A stretch of DNA of 51,921 nt from Cryomorphaceae bacterium (GTDB lineage: Bacteria > Bacteroidota > Bacteroidia > Flavobacteriales > Schleiferiaceae), in assembly GCA_022565745.1 (NCBI GenBank), contig JAIUMB010000001.1, positions 1-51,921 of the forward strand, written 5' to 3'. The position numbers and the translations under genes are program-made. Below the pieces are notes generated by a model, which saw nothing but the letters and a program-made list of their open reading frames with translations, was not told where the DNA came from and made no database searches. Numbering within the stretch: position 1 is the first letter of the stretch; the number at the start of each line of letters is the position of its first letter. Of this stretch, positions 46,016 to 51,921 are shown in pieces.

Positions 46016-47537
46016 CAGGAGGGGTAATGTTATACGAATTAAGACCTGCTTTTACGCGAATAAGTGAGTTGAAGTTGTAATCGTCATAAATAACAACCCT
46101 TTGATTACCTTGATTGGCTGTTCCTAATTTCAAACGCAATTTATACGCTGTGGCCAATGGTATAATATCGAGTATGTCTTGATCAAACACAACCGATTCG
46201 GAATAGCTTATTTCATTTGTTACTCTTCCATTTTCATCCACTTCAGCAGGTTGCAACACCGTTAAACTTATAGAGTCCAATCGCACATCATTGGTGTCAA
46301 TAAAAATCAAATCTAGTTCAGTCCAAAATGGAAACCTATTGACAGAGCGAAGGTCTAATTCAAGTCTGTTGAGGTCCAATTGGAGTAGTTGATTTAATAC
46401 ATCTTGCTCAGACTCTTGCGTCAAAATGATTTCTTCTGCAGAAAAATCAAGAGGAATGATCAACTCAACATCGATGATAAGGTTGCTATTGCGATTGGCG
46501 AAGTTGTATTTTGAACTGTCTTGATCGTCGTTGACCACAACCGTTCCCTGCAAAAAGAGTTGTTCAGGTATGTTTTGCAAAAAGTTGACAATATCGGAAT
46601 TGTTTTTATCAAAAACCGTAGTTGTGGTTGTCGTTACTCCAGGAGCGCTGGCAGGGGCAACCATGATTTCAGGCAATCTAATAAGTGATGGAGAAGTGCC
46701 TTTTTTGATGCCGTTTACTGCTGGTGTAAATTTCAAATCAATGCCAAAAGGGTTGTGGACTGTAATTCTCAACTCTGGTTCATACAGGGTAATCATGCCT
46801 TGAAAACGCTCAATGCCTCCAAAGTCAATAGGCTGTTTTAGAGACGGGAGAGCAACAACGCGGCGGCCGATATAGCCTTCAATGGTTTCAACGCGTAAAT
46901 GTTTAAATTGCCAATCATACGAAATGGTGTCGTCACCAGCTAATCCTGCCGCGTTGGTTACTTCTACGGCGTATGCTACACCATTAACGCCTGTTGCTGA
47001 GGTGAAGTCAATATTAAGTCCACTCACGTCAAATGATCCACTTTGGGACGAGGGCGTTACTTCAAAATCAAATACTGCGGGTTGACCATTAAGTGTAGCA
47101 TTTAAAAAACGAAATTCAACAACGGTTCCCACCGGATAGGATTGCTTAAAATCAAAACTTAACTGCCCTTCATGAAGAACAACATTGTCTAAAGAGGCGC
47201 CACCGTAGACGGACAAACTAAATTCAAAGGGTATAACCCCCATGTTTTCGGTGATGTTATGGGTGGTTTTGGGTTGATCTGGTGGCAAGTCAAAGTATAC
47301 TTCGCCATCTTGATTGATAACACTGTCTTCACTAAGCACAAACTGAAGCTTCCCATCGGGAAGTCGATTGATGAAAGAAACTTCCTCATCAATATTTTTA
47401 ATGTCAAAAAAAGCACGAATCAGTGGTCCCGACCAATCAGAACTTATGTCATTATTAATGATACTCGGATCTAAGTCATCCTTCCAGCAACTGGTTGTGG
47501 CTATTAAGACTATGCTTAAGAGTGAAAATAAACGCAT
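46005..47537 (-). CDS. Hypothetical lipoprotein (510 aa), acidic and beta-rich, no recognisable family
   Basis: The preferred start at 47537 gives MRLFSLLSIVLIATTSC (lipobox). The track start 47588 lies inside a -7 promoter box. The 3' end overlaps the next gene by 11 nt. Confidence 0.6.
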   Translation of the reverse strand: MRLFSLLSIVLIATTSCWKDDLDPSIINNDISSDWSGPLIRAFFDIKNIDEEVSFINRLPDGKLQFVLSEDSVINQDGEVYFDLPPDQPKTTHNITENMGVIPFEFSLSVYGGASLDNVVLHEGQLSFDFKQSYPVGTVVEFRFLNATLNGQPAVFDFEVTPSSQSGSFDVSGLNIDFTSATGVNGVAYAVEVTNAAGLAGDDTISYDWQFKHLRVETIEGYIGRRVVALPSLKQPIDFGGIERFQGMITLYEPELRITVHNPFGIDLKFTPAVNGIKKGTSPSLIRLPEIMVAPASAPGVTTTTTTVFDKNNSDIVNFLQNIPEQLFLQGTVVVNDDQDSSKYNFANRNSNLIIDVELIIPLDFSAEEIILTQESEQDVLNQLLQLDLNRLELDLRSVNRFPFWTELDLIFIDTNDVRLDSISLTVLQPAEVDENGRVTNEISYSESVVFDQDILDIIPLATAYKLRLKLGTANQGNQRVVIYDDYNFNSLIRVKAGLNSYNITPPDDE

Positions 47538-47585
47538 GGTTAGGGTAGAGCTTGTTTGATTGTGTGTTTGTTTTAAAAATATACA

Positions 47586-47593
47586 CAAAAATA
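47586..47593 (-). promoter_or_regulatory. -7 promoter box (TATTTTTG on the minus strand) ahead of the three-gene unknown cluster
   Basis: The plus strand reads CAAAAATA at 47586..47593, 48 nt upstream of ATG 47537. I found no clean -33 TTG. Confidence 0.35.
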
Positions 47594-47622
47594 GTTCAGA
47601 ATAAGATTCTTTCTAAAATTTT

Positions 47623-49506
47623 TTACTTGACAACCATTTCTATACGCCTGTTAATTGCTCTGCCTTCTTCGGTTTCATTGGTTGCAATAGGAGAGGAGGC
47701 GCCATAGCCTTTGATTGATACATTTTTAGCGGCAATGCCTTTTTCAATCAAGTAATCTTTTACCGACTGTGCTCTATTTTCACTAAGTTTTTGATTGTAA
47801 GCGTCACTTCCTTGATTATCGGTATGTCCGGCAATTTCTACGGATAGGTTTGGTGAACGCTTAAGCAGCTGTACAACACGATTTAACTCTGTGAAACTGG
47901 TGTTTTTGAGTTCAAATTTATCGTAATCAAAGAAGATATTTCTCAACACAACAGATTCTCCTTTTTCAAGCTTGTTGAGATCAACCAATAATTTTCTGGG
48001 CGCATCGGCACCTTCTTCTTCTAAACTAAAGTTTTCAGAATGAAATAAGTAGTTTTCTTTCTCAACACTCAAGGCATAGTCACGCTGCGCAGGAAGTATG
48101 ATAAAGAACCCACCGCTTTCATCACTATTCAATGTCCAAACCGTGTCATTTTTATTGATGTCTATAACCTCTAGTAGGGCATTGGGAATGACTTTTTTTG
48201 TTTTAGCATCTCTCACAACACCTTCCACAAAAGCGACTGGATTTCCTCTGTGAGGAGGGGGGACGTCAAATTTATATAAGTCTAAACCACCAAATCCCTC
48301 TTCTCTTTCGGAGGCGAAAAAACCGGTTTTACCATCAGGACTAAGCACCAAGCTTGATTCTTCTCTATGTGTGTTAATTGGGTAACCCAGATTTTCTGGT
48401 TTTCCCCACGTACCATCATCACGACGTTCACTTACGAAAAAGTCCAAGTCTCCAAACCCTGGATGACCATCTGATGCAAAGTATAAGCGGGTGTTGTCGA
48501 AGTAGATAAATGGTGTAGTTTCTCTATGTGGTGTGTTGACTTCACCAGGAATAGGCTTTGCAACAGACCAGCTTCCATCGGCTTGTTTTTCACTGAACAT
48601 AATGGTCATTTTGGATGCACGCATGTCTTTTCCACGGACAAAATAAAGCGTTTTACCATCAGGGGAAATGCTAGGCATAGACTCCCAAGCTGCTGTGTTG
48701 ATGGATTGTCCGAGGTTTTGGGGCTGCGACCACATGCCCTTAGCATCGCGAAAAGCAATATAAATATCACAGGATCCGTAGCCATCAGGTCTTTGGCATC
48801 CCGCAAAAAACAGAGTCTTTCCGTCGGCACTGAGCGATTGAGCGCCTTCGTTGTTGTCGGTGTTAAGTCGTCCTTTTAATCGCTCTTTGGGGGCCCATTC
48901 ACCATCGTTTAGTTTGATGCTTTCAAAGAAGTCTTCATCCCGTTTTGGGCCTTTAATTTGCCGTTCGGTAAACACCAATACCTCGCCATCTGCACTAATG
49001 CTAGGAAAGTACTGGTGACCTTCATCATTGATGTTTTCTCCTAAATTTTCTGGCGAGAAGGGGAAGGGGGTTTTAATGGCTTCTGCAGCAAATTCACTGC
49101 TAATAATGATGCGTTGAGCCAAATCGTTGGCCCTGGCAGCACTGCGTCTCAACTGCAAGTATGATTGCATATAACGTTTGGCTTCATCATACTGTTGGTT
49201 GATAAATGACGTTTCTCCCAAATTAAAAAGCACAAAATCTGCTTTGCCTGTTTTAAGAGCAGATTTATAAAACGATATGGCCTTATTATAATCTTCATTT
49301 CCACGATGGATATCGGCACGAAGAATCCAAGCATCGACAAAATCAGGATCTTTTTTGTTGACTTTTTCAAGGTGATTAAGCGCTTTTTCAACCTCATCTT
49401 CCCTCAGTGCTTGTCTGGCTTTTTCAAATTCCTTAAAGGACTTTTTAGATTGTGCACAAGCGGGTTGGAGCAATATTAATGCGAAGATGAGTAAAAATGA
49501 GCGCAT
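47623..49506 (-). CDS. OmpA-family peptidoglycan-anchored protein with PorE-like architecture (TPR, PD40 beta-propeller, CRD, OmpA_C)
   Basis: 627 aa. The signal peptide may carry a lipobox (LLQPAC). N-terminal TPR-like repeats. Repeated PD40/TolB-like blades (SISADGEVLVF, SLSADGKTLFFAG, SISPDGKTLYF, LVLSPDGKTGFFAS). A CRD-like VEGVVRDAKTKKVIPNALLEV. OmpA_C: FDYDKFEL...IAGHTDNQGSDAYNQKLSENRAQSV...NRRIEMVV. Confidence 0.7.
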   Translation of the reverse strand: MRSFLLIFALILLQPACAQSKKSFKEFEKARQALREDEVEKALNHLEKVNKKDPDFVDAWILRADIHRGNEDYNKAISFYKSALKTGKADFVLFNLGETSFINQQYDEAKRYMQSYLQLRRSAARANDLAQRIIISSEFAAEAIKTPFPFSPENLGENINDEGHQYFPSISADGEVLVFTERQIKGPKRDEDFFESIKLNDGEWAPKERLKGRLNTDNNEGAQSLSADGKTLFFAGCQRPDGYGSCDIYIAFRDAKGMWSQPQNLGQSINTAAWESMPSISPDGKTLYFVRGKDMRASKMTIMFSEKQADGSWSVAKPIPGEVNTPHRETTPFIYFDNTRLYFASDGHPGFGDLDFFVSERRDDGTWGKPENLGYPINTHREESSLVLSPDGKTGFFASEREEGFGGLDLYKFDVPPPHRGNPVAFVEGVVRDAKTKKVIPNALLEVIDINKNDTVWTLNSDESGGFFIILPAQRDYALSVEKENYLFHSENFSLEEEGADAPRKLLVDLNKLEKGESVVLRNIFFDYDKFELKNTSFTELNRVVQLLKRSPNLSVEIAGHTDNQGSDAYNQKLSENRAQSVKDYLIEKGIAAKNVSIKGYGASSPIATNETEEGRAINRRIEMVVK

Positions 49507-49507
49507 A

Positions 49508-50158
49508 TTAAGGTATTTTCAAGTATTTATGAGTTTGAAGAGAAACACACCAACGAGGATTAGCCATAACGTAATTGACCAATTCGGGCGTTACGCGTTC
49601 ACTACGGCTCCATTCAGGTTGTAAAAATAAGCGACAATCTTTTTTAACATGCTTAGCATGGTCTTCAGCCCAGATGTAATCGTGCTTATTAAAAATAATA
49701 ACTTTTAATTCGTTAGCCACTTGGTACCATTCCGACGTGGGAGGCTTGGTTTTTTTAGGCGATAGACAAACCCAATCCCAAAGCCCAGAAAATGGATAGG
49801 CTCCAGATGTTTCTAAGTGAATAATAAAACCTTCTTGTCGAAGTAAAGTGGTAAGTGGTGTCATATTGTAGGTCGCTGGTTCACCACCAGTAATCACGAC
49901 GGTTTTACACCCACTTTCGTTTCTAGCATTTTTGGCTTTTAATACAATGTCTTCAATGGCGGTAGGGGGGTGACGGTTGGCATCCCAACTTTCTTTGACA
50001 TCACACCAATGACAGCCCACGTCGCAGCCACCTATTCGAATAAAGTAAGAAGGGGTTCCAGTATGAAACCCCTCTCCTTGAATGGTATAAAAATCTTCCA
50101 TCAAAGGAAGGAAAAGCCCACTCTCAACCAGAGCTTGACGTTCTTCAGCAATCGTCAT
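49508..50158 (-). CDS. queE: 7-carboxy-7-deazaguanine synthase (radical SAM)
   Basis: 216 aa. FYTIQGEGFHTGTPSYFIRIGGCDVGCHWCD (CX3CX2C) and VVITGGEP. Confidence 0.85.
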   Translation of the reverse strand: MTIAEERQALVESGLFLPLMEDFYTIQGEGFHTGTPSYFIRIGGCDVGCHWCDVKESWDANRHPPTAIEDIVLKAKNARNESGCKTVVITGGEPATYNMTPLTTLLRQEGFIIHLETSGAYPFSGLWDWVCLSPKKTKPPTSEWYQVANELKVIIFNKHDYIWAEDHAKHVKKDCRLFLQPEWSRSERVTPELVNYVMANPRWCVSLQTHKYLKIP

Positions 50159-50164
50159 ATCTCG

Positions 50165-51921
50165 TTAGTTTTTGGCGTCGTCCTTAACTTCATCACTTGC
50201 TGATGACGACTCCTTTGGGGCTTGAGAAAGAACGATCAGCTTGTCGTTTTCTTTGTCTAAATCCATTTTCACCACAGCGCCATCTTTGATCTTGCCGTTG
50301 ATGATTTCTTCCGCCAACGGGTCTTCAATGTATTTTTGTATGGCACGAGTTAATGGACGAGCACCAAAATGCGGGTCAAATCCTTTATCGGCAACAAAAT
50401 CTTTGGCCTTTTTGGTTAACTTAAGTGTATATCCTAAGTCGGTTATGCGCTCAAAAAGTTTCTTTAACTCAATATCAATAATTTTGAGAATATCATCCTT
50501 ATCGAGCGGATTGAAGAGCACTACATCATCTATACGATTGAGGAATTCAGGAGCAAAAGCTTTTTTCAACGCACTTTCGATGACGCCTTTGGACAATTCT
50601 GAAGATTTGTCGCTGCGTACTTTTGTTTGAAAACCAACACCTGTTCCGAAATCTTTCAATTGGCGCGAGCCAACATTAGACGTCATAATGATGATGGTGT
50701 TTTTAAAGTTCACTTTTCGCCCCAAGCTATCCGTCAATTGTCCGTCGTCCAAAGCCTGCAACAGAAGATTAAACACGTCGGGATGTGCTTTTTCAATCTC
50801 GTCTAACAGAACAACGGAGTAGGGTTTACGGCGAACTTTTTCTGTCAATTGCCCGCCTTCTTCATAACCCACATATCCTGGAGGCGCTCCAATCAAACGG
50901 CTTACAGCAAACTTTTCCATGTACTCGCTCATGTCAATGCGAATCATGGCATCTTCTGAATCGAAGAGGACACGCGACAAATCCTTGGCCAACTGAGTTT
51001 TACCAACACCGGTAGGTCCAAGAAAGATAAAACTACCGATTGGCTTCTTGGGGTCTTTCAGTCCTGCGCGATTGCGCTGAATGGCTTTGACAACTTTTTT
51101 TACAGCATCGTTTTGACCGATAACCATCCCTGTCAATTCTCCTTCAAGGTTGGCCAAACGTTTGCCTTCTTTTTGGGCAATACGCTGAACAGGTATGCCC
51201 GTCATCATGGCAACAACTTGTGCCACATTGTCTTCAGTCACATCAACGCGGTTTTTCTTAACCTCTTCTTGCCACTCTTGCTGAGCGCGCTCGAGGTCCG
51301 CTTCTAAATGCTTTTCATCATCTCTTAACCGAGCAGCCTCTTCATATTTTTGGCGTTTAACGACATTTATTTTCTCCTCGCGTATCTCTTCTAATTTCTT
51401 CTCGAGTTCCAAAACCTTCTTAGGAACTTTAATGGATGTTATGTGTACACGTGATCCGGCTTCGTCTAAGGCATCAATGGCTTTATCTGGAAGGTGTCGG
51501 TCGGAGATGTATCTGGTGGTCAAAGACACACATGCTTTTATGGCTTCATCTGTATAGTTGACGTTGTGGTGGTCTTCGTATTTGACTTTGATGTTGTTCA
51601 AAATCTGAATGGTTTCTTCAGGCGAAGTTGGTTCAACCATTACCTTTTGAAAGCGACGCTCCAAAGCACCATCTTTTTCAATATATTGACGGTATTCATC
51701 CAGTGTAGTGGCACCAATGCATTGAATTTCTCCACGCGCCAGCGCCGGTTTAAACATGTTGGAGGCGTCTAGAGAGCCCGTAGCTCCGCCAGCGCCAACG
51801 ATGGTGTGTAATTCATCGATGAATAAAATGATGTCTTCATTCTTTTCCAACTCATTCATCAATGCCTTCATGCGCTCTTCAAATTGGCCGCGATATTTTG
51901 TTCCAGCCACAAGTGATGCGA
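50165..51921 (-). CDS. clpC: ATP-dependent Clp protease ATP-binding subunit ClpC. Only the C-terminal ~585 aa are present; the 5' end lies beyond the right edge.
   Basis: The frame stays open to the window edge. It covers the D1 Walker B region (ILFIDELHT), a UVR-like coiled coil ([16 protein letters not shown]), the D2 Walker A (GPTGVGKT), [11 protein letters not shown] and the C-terminal ClpB_D2-small domain. Confidence 0.9.
   Translation of the reverse strand, partial: ASLVAGTKYRGQFEERMKALMNELEKNEDIILFIDELHTIVGAGGATGSLDASNMFKPALARGEIQCIGATTLDEYRQYIEKDGALERRFQKVMVEPTSPEETIQILNNIKVKYEDHHNVNYTDEAIKACVSLTTRYISDRHLPDKAIDALDEAGSRVHITSIKVPKKVLELEKKLEEIREEKINVVKRQKYEEAARLRDDEKHLEADLERAQQEWQEEVKKNRVDVTEDNVAQVVAMMTGIPVQRIAQKEGKRLANLEGELTGMVIGQNDAVKKVVKAIQRNRAGLKDPKKPIGSFIFLGPTGVGKTQLAKDLSRVLFDSEDAMIRIDMSEYMEKFAVSRLIGAPPGYVGYEEGGQLTEKVRRKPYSVVLLDEIEKAHPDVFNLLLQALDDGQLTDSLGRKVNFKNTIIIMTSNVGSRQLKDFGTGVGFQTKVRSDKSSELSKGVIESALKKAFAPEFLNRIDDVVLFNPLDKDDILKIIDIELKKLFERITDLGYTLKLTKKAKDFVADKGFDPHFGARPLTRAIQKYIEDPLAEEIINGKIKDGAVVKMDLDKENDKLIVLSQAPKESSSASDEVKDDAKN

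Noticed and set aside
1-51921. CRISPR arrays, transposases, integrases, prophage or obvious genomic-island boundaries
   Set aside because: I saw no repeat-spacer periodicity and no recombinase-like ORF. The only tRNA-associated direct repeat (2709..2864) encloses about 80 bp and no genes.

Overview
This window looks like a chromosomal, mostly core-genome segment of a Bacteroidota, probably Flavobacteriia-type, organism. All calls rest on by-eye motif recognition; no database search was possible.

Evidence for the taxon:
- gldB-gldC gliding genes lie next to nadE.
- One protein carries a type IX secretion (T9SS) C-terminal sorting domain.
- Rho has a long disordered N-terminal insertion.
- Several promoters match the Bacteroidota TTG-N19-TAnnTTTG pattern.

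Gene content: about 46 protein genes, densely packed and mostly on the minus strand, plus tRNA-Ser(GCT) and tRNA-Pro(TGG).
- Recognisable housekeeping genes: nth, miaE, gcvT, rplS, dnaK, rho, menA, menC, nadE, pcm, priA, recR, queE, clpC.
- Envelope and polysaccharide genes: GT2 and GT4 glycosyltransferases, a WbaP-like phosphoglycosyl transferase, a TonB-dependent receptor, lipocalin Blc, and OmpA-type and beta-barrel proteins.
- I found no CRISPR array, transposase, integrase or recognisable defence gene.

Candidates for something undescribed, best first:
1. A minus-strand envelope cluster at 43765..49506. A protein with PorE-like architecture (TPR, PD40 propeller, CRD, OmpA_C) is followed by two unassignable lipoproteins flanking an unassignable 466-aa putative outer-membrane beta-barrel.
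2. A ChlI-like AAA+ ATPase paired with a VWA protein at 12131..14772, with no chelatase context. The Walker B position appears to read NE.
3. A tRNA-Ser 3'-end duplication that forms a minihelix-like hairpin between the two tRNA genes.
4. A GT2 fused to a catalytically truncated phosphoglycosyl-transferase scaffold.
5. A tightly coupled operon of a PolB-like exonuclease and a permease-less twin-NBD ABC ATPase.
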